In this document: in pieces, positions 8,488 to 19,623 of the stretch
How the letters are laid out: the number at the start of each line of letters is the position of its first letter
Numbering within the stretch: the stretch's first letter is position 1
DNA from: Candidatus Peribacteria bacterium
GTDB lineage: Bacteria; Patescibacteriota; Gracilibacteria; Peribacterales; Peribacteraceae
Reading direction: 5' to 3'
Assembly: GCA_023245865.1 (NCBI GenBank)
Contig: JAHFJN010000001.1
Location: forward strand, 486,722 to 550,721
DNA length: 64,000 bases
Notes under the pieces: model-generated
What the model was told of the DNA's origin: nothing
The model's input: the letters and a program-made list of their open reading frames with translations, nothing else
The model's database searches: none
Position numbers and translations under genes: made by a program

Positions 8488-9465
8488 TCAAGAACACAAA
8501 ATCGCCTTCGCCTCCGCGAACTTTTCCACTCGCACGAGCTTCTGTCGCATGTCCGACGCCCCCTCGAAGCCTTTCACGTAGCTGCTTAAGTGCCTGCGCA
8601 TTTCGAGCATCCCGCGCTGCTCGCCCTTGATACGCACTGCGAGCTCGCAGTGCTCGAGAATGAACGGAATTTTTTGCGCGAATGTCATCTGAACATCCGG
8701 CTGCTGATCGCTCACCGCTAACCGCTCACCGCTTCGCTCGCGAAGAGCGTCGCACACTTTTCGCATTATCCACGGATTCCCAAACGTCCCCCGCCCCACC
8801 ATCACTCCATCGAGATTGCCGATTTTTTCGACTGCGTCTGCCGCAGAGGTGATGTCGCCATTGCCGATCACGGGAACGCCCACATTCTTTTTGAGTTCGT
8901 AGATCTGCGTCCAGTCCGCCTTCCCCGTGAATTTGTCGCAAAAGCGTCGACCGTGGATCGCAAATGCCGCCGCCCCGGCCTCCTCCAATTTTTTACAAAA
9001 CGGAATCAGCGTCGTGGCGCTGTCCCACCCGAGCCGTGTCTTCACACTGACGGGGATAGAAACGGATTTGACGGTGGCGGCAACAAGTTCGGCCGCGAGA
9101 TCGGGTTTTTGAATGAGCGCCGCACCGTGGCACGATGAAACGACCTTCGCCGCGGGGCAGCCCATGTTGATGTCGATGCCGTCCGCGCCAAGCTGCTCGA
9201 TGATTTTCGCCGCCTCCAGAAAATGCTCCGGCTTGTGACCAAACACCTGTACGATGAACGGACGCTCGATTGTCGGATCAAACGCGAGCATCTTCATCGT
9301 CTTTTTGCCGCCAAACGCGAGTGCGTCGGTACTCAGGAATTCGGTGTAGACGACCACCTCGGGTGCGATTCGTTTGATCAACTGACGATACGATGCATCG
9401 GTGACGCCTGCCATAGGAGCAAGCGCGACAATCGGACGAGCAGTGGTGAACCAAGAAAATGTCAT
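8488..9465 (-). CDS. dusB: tRNA-dihydrouridine synthase
   Basis: LAPMAGVTD, DINMGCP, SVKTRLGW, IGNGDI, VMVGRG..GNPW. Confidence 0.95.
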   Translation of the reverse strand: MTFSWFTTARPIVALAPMAGVTDASYRQLIKRIAPEVVVYTEFLSTDALAFGGKKTMKMLAFDPTIERPFIVQVFGHKPEHFLEAAKIIEQLGADGIDINMGCPAAKVVSSCHGAALIQKPDLAAELVAATVKSVSIPVSVKTRLGWDSATTLIPFCKKLEEAGAAAFAIHGRRFCDKFTGKADWTQIYELKKNVGVPVIGNGDITSAADAVEKIGNLDGVMVGRGTFGNPWIMRKVCDALRERSGERLAVSDQQPDVQMTFAQKIPFILEHCELAVRIKGEQRGMLEMRRHLSSYVKGFEGASDMRQKLVRVEKFAEAKAILCS

Positions 9466-9537
9466 AAAAGGAGATCACAGAATAAAGTTCATTCACTGGC
9501 GAGTCAAAAAGTTATTCATCTCCCCTAGACTGCCGCC

Positions 9538-9840
9538 ATGCCGACGGGTCCTGACATGACCATTCTCAAACAAACAAGCAACTGTGATTTTGTCACGGGC
9601 AAGATCAATGCAGCCTGCATTCCGGAATTTATCGGACACCTTGTCGTTGTGGTGTTTCAGGCGGTCTCGGTATTTTTCCTCATCAATGTGATGTACGCTG
9701 GGTATCAACTTGCGATCTCTCACATGAGCGAGGGTGACAAAGGCGCGGGAAAAGAACGGATCCGGTGGTCGATCATCGGTCTGGTCGTCTGCGTCTGCAC
9801 CTTCCTCATTCTTGAGCTCGTGCTCAGTAAAATCCTCTGA
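9538..9840 (+). CDS. TrbC/VirB2-like pilin (CPR type)
   Basis: Two hydrophobic helices with AGYQL...GD..AGKERIRWSIIGL. Confidence 0.7.
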   Translation: MPTGPDMTILKQTSNCDFVTGKINAACIPEFIGHLVVVVFQAVSVFFLINVMYAGYQLAISHMSEGDKGAGKERIRWSIIGLVVCVCTFLILELVLSKIL

Positions 9841-9844
9841 ATCT

Positions 9845-11116
9845 ATGACTCCCAAGAAATCCTCCGACGCGTTCACCTCGTTCCGTATTCTCGGAAAACG
9901 TGCGCAGGCATTGCTCGTGCGCGCAAGCCAAGAGTTCAAGCGCCGTGAACAGAAACTGTTGGAGCCCGCGGAAAACATGCGAGAAGAATCAGGGAAGGAA
10001 GAGCTCACCGTGCGCTTTGCACCCTTGAGTATCGTCCAGGCGGCGATGCTGCTCGTCGCGATCGCGCTCGGCGCGTGGATGATCCTGGTACTGCGGGACA
10101 AGATCATCTTGCTGCTCCTCAGCTTCTTCGTCGCGGGCATCATTGATCCCGGCGTGCGAATGCTCGAACGCATGGGTTTCCCGCGCGGGATTGGGATTTT
10201 ACTCCATTACTTCGTCGCGCTTTGCGTGGTGATGTTCTTAGTGATCTCACTGATTCCGATCATCGCAACCCAGCTCCAGCAGATCGCTCTGCTCATCAAC
10301 GCTCAGGTGAATCACTTCTTGCTCAACCCCCAGTTTTCCCTGCCGCTCGTGACTCCTGAGGTGAACCAGGAACTTTCCGACGTCGCAAAATCGACGCTGC
10401 AGAGCTTATCGATCAATAAGTTCACAGACGCCCTGCAACAAATGGGAACCAACATGTCGTCGCTGCGACAGTTTTCCCTGACGTTCGCAGGCATGGCAAC
10501 GCGGATCGCGGGCTCGGTGGTCGATTTCTTCATTCGCCTCGTCGTCGTGCTCGTCCTTGCGTTCTTCATACAGTTCGAGCGCGAACATCTGCGCGTGTGG
10601 TTCCGCAGTTTCTTCCGCTACCGGCAGCGGGTCTACATCGACAGCAAATTAGAGGCGATCCAGCAGAAGATCGGCCAGTGGGCGCGGGGACAGGTCTTGC
10701 TTGGCGTCAGTATCGGACTGCTCGTGTTCGTCGCCCTCGCGATTCTCCGGATCCCCTACGCCGCCACCCTCGCGGTCCTTGCGGGCTTCACGGAGTTCAT
10801 TCCTTACATTGGCCCTTTCATTGCAGCGGTTCCCGCGGTCCTGATTGCCGTCACGGAAGGTGGATTCCTGTGGGCCCTCATTGTCGCGGGTGTCTACTAC
10901 GTCGTACAGTGGTGCGAGAATAACTTGCTTGTGCCGCTGATCATGAAGCGTGCAGTCGGGCTCTCCCCCATTGCCATCATCTTCGCCATGCTCGTGGGCT
11001 TAAGCTTCCCCGATGTCATACACCCGATCTTGGGCCTCCTCATCGCAGTCCCCGTCACAACGATCATTGCGATCTTCCTGGATGATTGGCGCAAGGCACC
11101 GAGTGCATCGATATAA
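9845..11116 (+). CDS. AI-2E family transporter
   Basis: EFIPYIGP, ENNLLVPLIM..AVGLSP, multiple TM helices. Confidence 0.92.
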   Translation: MTPKKSSDAFTSFRILGKRAQALLVRASQEFKRREQKLLEPAENMREESGKEELTVRFAPLSIVQAAMLLVAIALGAWMILVLRDKIILLLLSFFVAGIIDPGVRMLERMGFPRGIGILLHYFVALCVVMFLVISLIPIIATQLQQIALLINAQVNHFLLNPQFSLPLVTPEVNQELSDVAKSTLQSLSINKFTDALQQMGTNMSSLRQFSLTFAGMATRIAGSVVDFFIRLVVVLVLAFFIQFEREHLRVWFRSFFRYRQRVYIDSKLEAIQQKIGQWARGQVLLGVSIGLLVFVALAILRIPYAATLAVLAGFTEFIPYIGPFIAAVPAVLIAVTEGGFLWALIVAGVYYVVQWCENNLLVPLIMKRAVGLSPIAIIFAMLVGLSFPDVIHPILGLLIAVPVTTIIAIFLDDWRKAPSASI

Positions 11117-11244
11117 GGTTTGGTTTGCTGTACATTTTGCAGAAATGTTCGACATTTTTGTGAATTACACCACGATTATTCATGGTGCACACTTCCTCTC
11201 AGGACCGTAACTATGGTACTGTGTAATGAACGCACCCCTCCTCT

Positions 11245-13863
11245 ATGCACCCCTTTGACCGCTTCACACCGAACGCGAAACTCGCTCTGCAAATTGCAGA
11301 GCAGGAGGCAAAGGCGATGCAGAGCAGCTACATCGGGACCGAGCATCTGCTGCTCGGCCTTCTCAGCATCCCAAAATCACTCGCATTCTCCATCTTCACC
11401 GGAGCCGGCGTCACGCTCGAAAACGTGCGGATTCTCCTCAAGGCAAGCAAAACCGCAAGTATTGAGGGCAAGCACGTGAAGCACGGCCTCTCGACCTTCC
11501 TCCACACCGTCATCGAGCAGGCGGTCGTGACCGCGCACAAGTTCCGGCATGCGAACGTCGGCACGGAGCACCTCCTGTATGCGCTCGTGTCCACGGGGAA
11601 GAATGCTGCGACACTGCTGCTGGAGAACATGCAGGTTGTGCCGGACGACTTGAAAATGCACATCGAGGAAATGTTCGGACAAATCTCGCAATTTCGTCAG
11701 CAAAATCGCAACGTCGAGCAGTCGCTCGAGGCGTTCTTTCACGGACTCCAGGGCGCGATCGCAGGGTTGCAGGGGGCGGGAGGGGCTCCGAGCGAACCTG
11801 AGGGTCTCAAGCGCAAGCGTGACGCAAACAGCAAAACACCCGCGCTCGATTACTTTACGGATGATCTCGTCGCGAAGGCAAAGACAGGCAAAATCGACCC
11901 GATCATCGGGCGCGACAAGGAAATCGAACGCATGATCCATATCCTCAACCGCAAGACCAAAAACAATCCCGTGCTCATCGGGGAGCCGGGCGTGGGCAAG
12001 ACCGCGATCGTCGAAGGCCTCGCGCAACGGATCTCCACGGGTCAGGTCCCAGACGCCCTCAAAAACAAGCGCGTGCTCATCTTGAACCTCGGCTCCATTG
12101 TCGCCGGCACGAAGTATCGCGGCGAGTTTGAGCAGCGATTTGAAGACATCATCAAAGAGGCCACGCAGAGCGACAAACAGATCATCCTCTTCATTGACGA
12201 AATCCACACGGTCGTGGGCGCCGGCTCCGCGGAAGGCTCGCTCGATGCGGCCAACATCCTGAAGCCCGCCCTCAGCCGAAGCACCATCCAAGTCATCGGC
12301 GCGACGACGCTCAACGAATACCGGACCATCGAGAAAGACCGCGCGCTCGAGCGCAGATTCCAGCCGATTCAAGTGGAGGAACCGACCCTCAAGGATACCG
12401 TGGAAATTCTCAAGGGCCTCAAGGCATCTTTCGAAAATTTCCATCACTTGAGCATCACCGACGATGCCCTGGAAGCGGCCGTTACCTTAAGTAATCGCTA
12501 CCTGACCGAACGCTTCCTGCCCGACAAGGCCATCGACGTTCTCGATGAAGCCTCCGCCGGCAAGAGCCTGCAGCACGCGCGCATCTCCCCGGAGCTCAAG
12601 TCCCTCGAGGACAAGTTGGAAATCCTCACCCTCAAGCAGCAGGAAGCCGTGAAGGAACAGAAATACCACGCCGCGCTCAAGCTCAAGCAGGAACAACAGG
12701 ATGTGAAGGAAAAGCGCGACCATATGCTCGCAAACAGCGACGGCGATCGCCGTTCCCCCGTACAGATCAACGGCGATGACATTGCCGCGGTCGTCGCGCG
12801 AATGACCGGCGTGCCCGTCATGAAGCTCCTCAAGCCCGAAGCCAAGCGCCTCGCGAACCTCGAGCACGTCCTGCGCCAGCACGTCATCGGCCAAGATGAC
12901 GCCATCCGCAAAGTTTCCCGCGCCATTCGCCGGAGCCGTGTCGGCATCGGCGACGTCAAACGCCCGATCGGTTCGTTCCTGTTCCTCGGCCCTACGGGTG
13001 TCGGCAAGACCGAGCTCGTCCGCACGCTCGCGCGCGAAGTGTTCCACCGCGAGGACGCACTGATCAAAATCGACATGTCCGAATTCATGGAACGTCACAA
13101 CGTTTCGCGTCTCATCGGCACCACGGCCGGCTACGTCGGCTACGAAGAGGGTGGACAGCTCACGGAGGCCGTGCGCCGCAAACCGTACTCGGTGGTCCTG
13201 TTTGATGAAGTGGAAAAAGCTCATCCGGAATTCTTCAACGTGCTCCTGCAAATTCTCGAGGATGGCGTTCTCACCGACGGCCAAGGTAAGCAAGTGGACT
13301 TCCGCAACACCATCATCGTCATGACAAGCAACGTCGGAGCCGAAAAACTCACGAAGCAGGCGGCGAAGATCGGATTCAAGCTTGAGGACGAGGCGAAGAA
13401 GGAGGAAACAGAGTACGAGGAAAAGCGGCAGGAAGTGATCAAGGAACTCAAAGAGCACCTCCGACCGGAGTTTTTGAACCGCATCGACCACATCATCGTC
13501 TTCAACGCCTTGAACCAAATTCACATTCGCAAGATCGTGAAGATGCACTTAGAAGAACTGGCCCTGCGCATGAAGGCGCAGGGCTACGCGATCGACGTCG
13601 ATCAGAAAGCGGTCAATCTGCTCGCCACCGTCGGATTCGACCCCGAGTATGGCGCTCGCCCCGTGCGGCGTGTCATCCAGGAACGCATCGAAGATGAAAT
13701 CGCCGAACACATGCTGAAAGGAATGTTCACTCCGGGCGACGTCATTCGCATCGTGCGCAAAGCGGGTGACAAGCTCGAGCTCCTCCATGGAGAAAAAGTC
13801 ACCGTAGAAGAGGCTCAAGGGCAACCGCAGCAGCAGGAAGCAGAGAGCGTGGAGGTGGCGTAA
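11245..13863 (+). CDS. clpC: ATP-dependent Clp protease ATP-binding subunit ClpC
   Basis: Clp-N repeats (GTEHLL), GEPGVGKT and GPTGVGKT Walker A motifs, [11 protein letters not shown]-like middle domain. Confidence 0.95.
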   Translation: MHPFDRFTPNAKLALQIAEQEAKAMQSSYIGTEHLLLGLLSIPKSLAFSIFTGAGVTLENVRILLKASKTASIEGKHVKHGLSTFLHTVIEQAVVTAHKFRHANVGTEHLLYALVSTGKNAATLLLENMQVVPDDLKMHIEEMFGQISQFRQQNRNVEQSLEAFFHGLQGAIAGLQGAGGAPSEPEGLKRKRDANSKTPALDYFTDDLVAKAKTGKIDPIIGRDKEIERMIHILNRKTKNNPVLIGEPGVGKTAIVEGLAQRISTGQVPDALKNKRVLILNLGSIVAGTKYRGEFEQRFEDIIKEATQSDKQIILFIDEIHTVVGAGSAEGSLDAANILKPALSRSTIQVIGATTLNEYRTIEKDRALERRFQPIQVEEPTLKDTVEILKGLKASFENFHHLSITDDALEAAVTLSNRYLTERFLPDKAIDVLDEASAGKSLQHARISPELKSLEDKLEILTLKQQEAVKEQKYHAALKLKQEQQDVKEKRDHMLANSDGDRRSPVQINGDDIAAVVARMTGVPVMKLLKPEAKRLANLEHVLRQHVIGQDDAIRKVSRAIRRSRVGIGDVKRPIGSFLFLGPTGVGKTELVRTLAREVFHREDALIKIDMSEFMERHNVSRLIGTTAGYVGYEEGGQLTEAVRRKPYSVVLFDEVEKAHPEFFNVLLQILEDGVLTDGQGKQVDFRNTIIVMTSNVGAEKLTKQAAKIGFKLEDEAKKEETEYEEKRQEVIKELKEHLRPEFLNRIDHIIVFNALNQIHIRKIVKMHLEELALRMKAQGYAIDVDQKAVNLLATVGFDPEYGARPVRRVIQERIEDEIAEHMLKGMFTPGDVIRIVRKAGDKLELLHGEKVTVEEAQGQPQQQEAESVEVA

Positions 13864-13959
13864 AACAGCTTCGTTGGCTTCGTTAGCTTCGTTAGGGGTT
13901 TTGTGCTATAATAATGGGATTCACTTGTCGCTAGTCACTCACCGCTTTTCGCTCCAATT

Positions 13960-14535
13960 ATGGCCATCGAAGCAATCAAAATCCCGCAGAACGTCCAGAT
14001 CGAGGACCGCATTATCGGTCCCCTGACCCTCCGACAGATCCTGCTCGTGAGCCTCGGCAACGGTTTCAGTTACGCGCTCTTCACGAGTATCTCGAAAGCC
14101 TACGGACTCGTGTCCATCCCGATTCAGATCCTCGTGTGGGTCCCGGGAGTACTGTCGATCGCGTTTGCATTCGTGCGCATCAATGATCTCAGTATGTTGC
14201 GGCTATGCATGCTGATGCTCGAGCGGATGAATAAACCGACAGTGCGTATTTGGGGACCGCGTCGCGGCATTATCATCAATATCCGCACCTTCTCCACGCC
14301 CGAAAAACAAGGTCTCTCTGACAAAGGAACCGCTGAGGATCTTTCCAAGGAGAAACACTTCGATGAAATCAGCGCGCTGCTCGACCGACCGATGGAAGGA
14401 GAATCTGCAGCGGTGAAACCGGTCGACCCAGCGCGGATCCAAGTATCCAAGCAATCGGAAACATCGATTGATGGCGTACAGCCGAAAGTCGCCGTGTCTG
14501 TCTTTTCGTCCCCCGCTCCCACCACGCACGTATGA
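13960..14535 (+). CDS. PrgI family protein
   Basis: IPQNVQIEDRIIGPLTLRQ followed by two TM segments. Confidence 0.85.
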   Translation: MAIEAIKIPQNVQIEDRIIGPLTLRQILLVSLGNGFSYALFTSISKAYGLVSIPIQILVWVPGVLSIAFAFVRINDLSMLRLCMLMLERMNKPTVRIWGPRRGIIINIRTFSTPEKQGLSDKGTAEDLSKEKHFDEISALLDRPMEGESAAVKPVDPARIQVSKQSETSIDGVQPKVAVSVFSSPAPTTHV

Positions 14536-15245
14536 CTCCCAAGATCACCGATTCCGTCCGGCGCCGCAAAAAAAACGAAAGCGCGACCACGCAGCGATTC
14601 CTCCCTGTCGCGGAAATCCGCAACAACACCATTCTGCTCAAAAACGGGGGCATTCGCGCCGTGATCCAGGTCGAGGCGCTCAACTTCAACCTCAAGAGCG
14701 AACTCGAGCAGCAGGCGATCATCAGCGGCTACGGATCGTTCGTAAATACATTGAGCTTTCCTCTGCAGATCATCATCCGCTCGAGCAAGACGAACGTCGA
14801 CGAATACATCGATCGCGTGAAAGCGATCGGCAATAAGCAGGAGAACGCACTCCTCAAGAATCAGACGCTCACGTACGCCGCCTTCCTGCAGAAGCTGATT
14901 GAGATGGCGGACATCATGCAGAAACGCTTCTACGTCGTTGTGCCGGTGGATCACTCCGTCCGTCACAAAACCGTCATCGAGCAGTTCTTCGATTGGATCC
15001 ACCCGGACGACGCTGCGAGCAAGGTATCGGCACGCAACCACGAATTCACACATGGCCACGTACAACTCAACGAGCGGGTGGAGCTGATTTCCTCAGGGCT
15101 CAGCAACATCGGACTGCACTGCAAGCGCCTCCCCACGCGCGATCTCATCGCGCTGATGTACCAGACCTACAACCCCAAAACGAGCCAGACGCAGAAGATG
15201 CCGGCAGATATGGAGCAGTTGCATATGGAGAAAACAGCGCTATAA
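14532..15245 (+). CDS. PrgI-associated protein resembling the VirB4/TraE N-terminus
   Basis: TQRFLPVAEIR..ILLKNGG..V.ALNF.LKS..EQ; translationally coupled to prgI. Confidence 0.75.
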   Translation: MTPKITDSVRRRKKNESATTQRFLPVAEIRNNTILLKNGGIRAVIQVEALNFNLKSELEQQAIISGYGSFVNTLSFPLQIIIRSSKTNVDEYIDRVKAIGNKQENALLKNQTLTYAAFLQKLIEMADIMQKRFYVVVPVDHSVRHKTVIEQFFDWIHPDDAASKVSARNHEFTHGHVQLNERVELISSGLSNIGLHCKRLPTRDLIALMYQTYNPKTSQTQKMPADMEQLHMEKTAL

Positions 15246-15314
15246 TAGCCCCACAGGTTTGCTGCTCGTGCAAGAGCGACCCTGCTTACTTCTCCCCCTT
15301 GCACCCCCCTTTGT

Positions 15315-16679
15315 ATGTCTCCAAAGATCTCCCGTACGACCGGTTCTGCGCTCATGGAGAGTCTCATGAAGCAGTCCCCGCCGATCTTCCGACCGAAGCC
15401 CGGCGAACTTATTGAAGGGAGTGTCGTATTTCGTGGCAAGAATAAGTTGCTGATCGATATTCACGGTGTCGCGGTCGGGATCATTTCGGGTCGGGAACTG
15501 AGAGATTCGTTCAACACATTCAAAGATCTGAGCGTCGGCCACCTTGTCTCGGCCCTGGTTCTCGAGGAAGAGAATGACGAAGGACTCGTGGTCATGAGCC
15601 TGCGGATGGCGAGCCAGCGCAAAGCTTGGGACAAGTTTCACAAACTGATCGAGAACGAAACGACCATGAAATTCACCGCTCAGGAAGCCAACAAAGGAGG
15701 CCTCATCACGAACATTGACGGCATCCGCGCCTTCCTGCCGGTCTCGCAATTGGCTCCCGTCAACTATCCGCGCGTCAACAACGCCGACAGCACCGAGATC
15801 ATCTCGCGCCTGCAGAAATTCATCGGGCACACCTTCACGGTCAAGATCGTCACGATGGACCAGGAAGCGGGTAAGATCGTCGTCTCGGAGCGCGATGCCA
15901 TGAGCGAGGAACGCGCCAAGGCCCTCGAGGGCCTGAAGATCGGCGACTCGAAAGATGGGGTCGTCAGCGGCATCGTGAAGTTCGGCCTGTTCGTGACCTT
16001 CGAAGGACTCGAGGGCCTCGTCCACATTTCAGAGATCGCCTGGGGCCATGTGAAAAACCCCGCGGAGTTCGCGGAAATGGGCGACCAGGTGCGTGTGAAG
16101 GTGATCGGCGTCGACGGAGACAAGCTCAGCTTAAGCATCAAGCAATTGACGAAGGACCCGTGGGAGGAAGTGGCCGAGCGGTATCCTGTTGGCAAGAAAG
16201 TGACCGGCACGGTCGTGCGCTTCGCCGACTACGGTGCCTTCATGCGGCTGGAGAAAGACATCAACGGTCTCGTGCACTTGAGCGAAATCTCCCACACGAA
16301 GGTCACGGACCCGGCGGAAGCTCTCACGATCGGCCAGAAAGTCGACGCGCAGGTGATCAACATCGACGTCGATGAACGTCGGATCGGCCTCTCGATCAAA
16401 GCATTGAAACCGATCGACAAGGAAACGATGGAGCGACTCAAAAAGGAGCGAGAGGCGGAAAGCGAGGCCAAAGCTTCGAAGGAAGCCAACCCCACTTCGC
16501 TCAAAGAGCTTCGCGAGGCAAGTGAAGCTAATCAAGCTAACGAAGCTGGGTTCATCGCATCCAAGACCGGCAAGAAGTACTACGCCGCAGGCAGCGCCCA
16601 AGCAGAGAAAATTAAAGAAGAGAATCGCATACTGTTCAAGACAGAGAAAGAGGCGGAGGGGGCGGGCTACTCTGCGTAG
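15315..16679 (+). CDS. rpsA: 30S ribosomal protein S1 (four S1 domains) with C-terminal extension
   Basis: NKGGL..FLPVSQ, FGLFV..EGLVHISEIAW, YGAF..GLVHLSEIS. Confidence 0.95.
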   Translation: MSPKISRTTGSALMESLMKQSPPIFRPKPGELIEGSVVFRGKNKLLIDIHGVAVGIISGRELRDSFNTFKDLSVGHLVSALVLEEENDEGLVVMSLRMASQRKAWDKFHKLIENETTMKFTAQEANKGGLITNIDGIRAFLPVSQLAPVNYPRVNNADSTEIISRLQKFIGHTFTVKIVTMDQEAGKIVVSERDAMSEERAKALEGLKIGDSKDGVVSGIVKFGLFVTFEGLEGLVHISEIAWGHVKNPAEFAEMGDQVRVKVIGVDGDKLSLSIKQLTKDPWEEVAERYPVGKKVTGTVVRFADYGAFMRLEKDINGLVHLSEISHTKVTDPAEALTIGQKVDAQVINIDVDERRIGLSIKALKPIDKETMERLKKEREAESEAKASKEANPTSLKELREASEANQANEAGFIASKTGKKYYAAGSAQAEKIKEENRILFKTEKEAEGAGYSA

Positions 16680-16730
16680 ATGAGGAAAACGGGTTGAATT
16701 TTGGGCTAAAAAGGGGGATAATAGCTATGA

Positions 16731-17243
16731 ATGGCCACTTCCTCACCAGAGAAGAATTCAAGTGCTCCGCAGAACTTGGAACACGGCACGCAGGTGCTTC
16801 AGCCTGCCAAGCTCGAGGGTGCCAGGATCGACACCGCCGCGCTCACGACCTTCCTGGAAGGAATCAACAGTCTCCGGGTGAGTGAGAGCGAGGCAGGAGG
16901 CCCGAGCGAACAGGGTGGAGCTTCAAGCGGCGGAACGGCCATCACCGCGCAAGGCGGCAGCACAGCTATTTCCGCACGTCAGCAGGCTATCGCGAATCTC
17001 CCCGCGCAGGCAATCATGCAGCGCCAACTGCAAAAACACATCCGGATGGAAGTGAAAAAGTTGCGCAGCCAGGCAAACGCGATCGCCCGCACATCGCGCC
17101 CCGGTGCCGCGTATCACCTCAACCAACTGTATGCCCGCATCCGCAGTCTCAATGCACTGCTCGCGGAACTCTTCGAATCCTCCGTCGAAGCCCTCAAGCG
17201 TCTTTTTATTCGAGTCTTCATCGATCGACAAACAATTCTATAA
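16731..17243 (+). CDS. hypothetical protein
   Basis: 170 aa ORF with TATAAT just upstream. Confidence 0.7.
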   Translation: MATSSPEKNSSAPQNLEHGTQVLQPAKLEGARIDTAALTTFLEGINSLRVSESEAGGPSEQGGASSGGTAITAQGGSTAISARQQAIANLPAQAIMQRQLQKHIRMEVKKLRSQANAIARTSRPGAAYHLNQLYARIRSLNALLAELFESSVEALKRLFIRVFIDRQTIL

Positions 17244-17268
17244 ATGAACGTCAGTGTGTCATGGTGAT

Positions 17269-17532
17269 TTAAATATTTTTCTGCGTAAACTTCTTGTGGG
17301 AGTGCTTCTCCGTCTTTTCGCTGAAGTACTGGATCATCCACTCGAGCGCGCGGTCAGTCATACTGAGGGGTTTCATGATCACCATTTCGACCTCCTCGGT
17401 AATCACGTTGATTCTGCGCATGACCTTGCGAAGATCCACCACAATGAAAAGAACGTGATAGAGTACCACTATCAGCATCACCGCCACCGCAGTGTACAGT
17501 CCGTTCATGATGTCCATTGTTGACCACGTCAT
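17269..17532 (-). CDS. small membrane protein
   Basis: Single TM helix followed by a coiled segment. Confidence 0.65.
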   Translation of the reverse strand: MTWSTMDIMNGLYTAVAVMLIVVLYHVLFIVVDLRKVMRRINVITEEVEMVIMKPLSMTDRALEWMIQYFSEKTEKHSHKKFTQKNI

Positions 17533-17565
17533 AGCGTGGATGCCACAGTACCTGCGACCCACCCT

Positions 17566-17844
17566 ATGCGCAAACTGATTTTGAAACTCATCGAGCTCTA
17601 TCAATGCACGCTCTCTCCCGACCACGGCCCGCTCAAGGCTCTCTATCCCTACGGCTTCTGTCGCCACTCCCCCACCTGTTCAGAGTACGCCAAGGAAGTG
17701 ATCGAGCGACATGGCATCGTTCTTGGAATTCTCCTCACCTGCAAACAACTGCTCTGCTGTAATCCGTGGTGCACGCCAACACGCATTCAGAGTATCCCGA
17801 ACGCGCGAAGCACCGCCTCCGCTTCTTCGGGACTCCTCACCTGA
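17566..17844 (+). CDS. yidD: membrane protein insertion efficiency factor YidD
   Basis: YQ..LSPDHG..CRHSPTCSEYA..G..CNPW. Confidence 0.9.
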   Translation: MRKLILKLIELYQCTLSPDHGPLKALYPYGFCRHSPTCSEYAKEVIERHGIVLGILLTCKQLLCCNPWCTPTRIQSIPNARSTASASSGLLT

Positions 17845-19202
17845 GCTGCCTTCATCGATGCTTTTTTGGCCGCTTCCACGTACTGCATCTTGTCATCGAG
17901 AAATAGGCACTGCTGCGGGAACTTTCTCATACGGAGGCACGCAACCCGCCACGCAGCAAGTTCGCTCTGTCGCTGGAAGGTGCTGCCACTCTTCTTGGAA
18001 CACCGCAGATTAGGCGAGAGGAATACATCCTCAAATGCATCGTAGGCCCCCGACTGCCGGAGCGCATCGCGGTGCTGGGGAATGGTATCCGAAAGCGCGT
18101 AGAGACTGTAGCCCTTGGACTTTGCCTGCAGCAACAGTGATTGCATCGCGGGAATAATTTCCCCATCGAACGATCGTGTGAACATATCGCGCTGATCAGG
18201 CGTGACGGGACATTCGATACGCTCTCCAAATGACTTCCAGAAAGCATCCGTACTCTTCTCCCCCCTCTGCAACGCGGGTATCAATTCATCCCAATACCGC
18301 ACGAGAGTTTCTTCATCGAGGTGAAACGCATGACAAAAATCCCGGATGATCACAGGATCACTGTCCAAAATCAGAACGCCGCCGACGTCCCACACGAGCG
18401 TGTCGACCGGCAATTGTTTCTCGCGCTCTTCGATGGCACTCCGCACATCGGTGATGTCGACCTTGTACTCTCTCTGGAGCCACGCTGCGATGTCTTCATA
18501 GTGCTTCCCCCACTGCTTGACCACGTCGGTACTGAGGGTTTTTCTCGCCGCATTCTCGCTTGGCCAAGGTCCGGAAGCTGCGGCAGAAAAAGAGCCTCGT
18601 GATGCGTAGTGGTACTCCAAAGTTTCTTCCAACGATTGGATCGTGCTGTCATCCTTTCTCTTCCCGCAAATATCGGCAATGATGACGATCCGTTGTGCGG
18701 GGGTGAAGGCATCGATCGATGTGAATTCTTCGGGGTGAAGATACGAACGGTGCGGCTGCAATTGTTCGCGGATGGAACGCGGGATGGAGAGTTTTCTGAG
18801 CAGCACATCACCCAGACCGTCATTGCGAAAGTACCGGTGGGGATTCACGCCCTCGGGATGCGTCAGCAATCTTCCTGCATCATGCAAAAGCCCAAGTGTG
18901 CGAAATTCATGAGGATTGTAACCAAGTTTCTCTGCGATCCGTGCGGCGAATTCTCCGGTAAGCTGCAGGTGGCTGTGCGTTCGGTAGTTCTCGCCATCCG
19001 GAGGAAAAGCGGAGAGCAGGAAGTCCTCCACGCGCCGCGCATCCTCCGCAGTCACCTCGCGCTTTTCTGCAAGGAGTGGAACAGCGCCATACTCACGCGC
19101 GACGTTCACAGCTCGCTCGATCGTTGTAGCAACGCGAAGTCCCTCCTCTTCAAAGCGAACTCCCGGACGACTCGTTTCCGGCGTTGTGCGCCATTCTTTC
19201 AT
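17787..19202 (-). CDS. HD-domain / HAD-family phosphatase fusion
   Basis: H..GLLHDAGR..AD (HD) followed by WDVGGVL, LSDT, LFLDDK (HAD). Confidence 0.85.
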   Translation of the reverse strand: MKEWRTTPETSRPGVRFEEEGLRVATTIERAVNVAREYGAVPLLAEKREVTAEDARRVEDFLLSAFPPDGENYRTHSHLQLTGEFAARIAEKLGYNPHEFRTLGLLHDAGRLLTHPEGVNPHRYFRNDGLGDVLLRKLSIPRSIREQLQPHRSYLHPEEFTSIDAFTPAQRIVIIADICGKRKDDSTIQSLEETLEYHYASRGSFSAAASGPWPSENAARKTLSTDVVKQWGKHYEDIAAWLQREYKVDITDVRSAIEEREKQLPVDTLVWDVGGVLILDSDPVIIRDFCHAFHLDEETLVRYWDELIPALQRGEKSTDAFWKSFGERIECPVTPDQRDMFTRSFDGEIIPAMQSLLLQAKSKGYSLYALSDTIPQHRDALRQSGAYDAFEDVFLSPNLRCSKKSGSTFQRQSELAAWRVACLRMRKFPQQCLFLDDKMQYVEAAKKASMKAAQVRSPEEAEAVLRAFGIL

Positions 19203-19275
19203 AGAAATATTATATCCTTGAAAATATTTCTGTCAATGTTCTGCAACGCACTGTTGTCTCGGGTACACTCATTGT

Positions 19276-19623
19276 ATGTCCCCTATGCAGATCATCACGA
19301 AAACCATCGATCGCTCCACTTTGAAAAAACTCGCAGAGGAGCGTTTTGGAGACATGGTAAAAGCCGTTGTGGATATCGATCGTCATATCATGGCAATCGG
19401 GGGTGAACTGCATTCAGATGAGGAACAGATACTCTTGGAGCAGGGATCAAAACAAGAAAATTTGTGGGGTATCAATCTCTATCCGGATAGATCAGACGAA
19501 ATCTGGATAGAATTCGATTCCATGATCAATCTTCGACCTCACCAAGGCAATCGTTCGCGCAGTGTCGATGATGCTGCCACGCAAGCAGCCATTCGTGCTA
19601 CCGTCTCCTCTCTCGTTTCATGA
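19276..19623 (+). CDS. DUF5674-like protein
   Basis: MVKAVVDI..GGELHSDEEQ.LLEQGS.QENLWGINL..EFDSMINLRP..NRSR. Confidence 0.8.
   Translation: MSPMQIITKTIDRSTLKKLAEERFGDMVKAVVDIDRHIMAIGGELHSDEEQILLEQGSKQENLWGINLYPDRSDEIWIEFDSMINLRPHQGNRSRSVDDAATQAAIRATVSSLVS

Noticed and set aside
11377..13548. Long antisense ORFs over clpC (and similarly over rplA, rpsA, glyA, gyrA and the surface protein)
   Set aside because: Shadow ORFs from GC-rich codon bias opposite well-supported genes.
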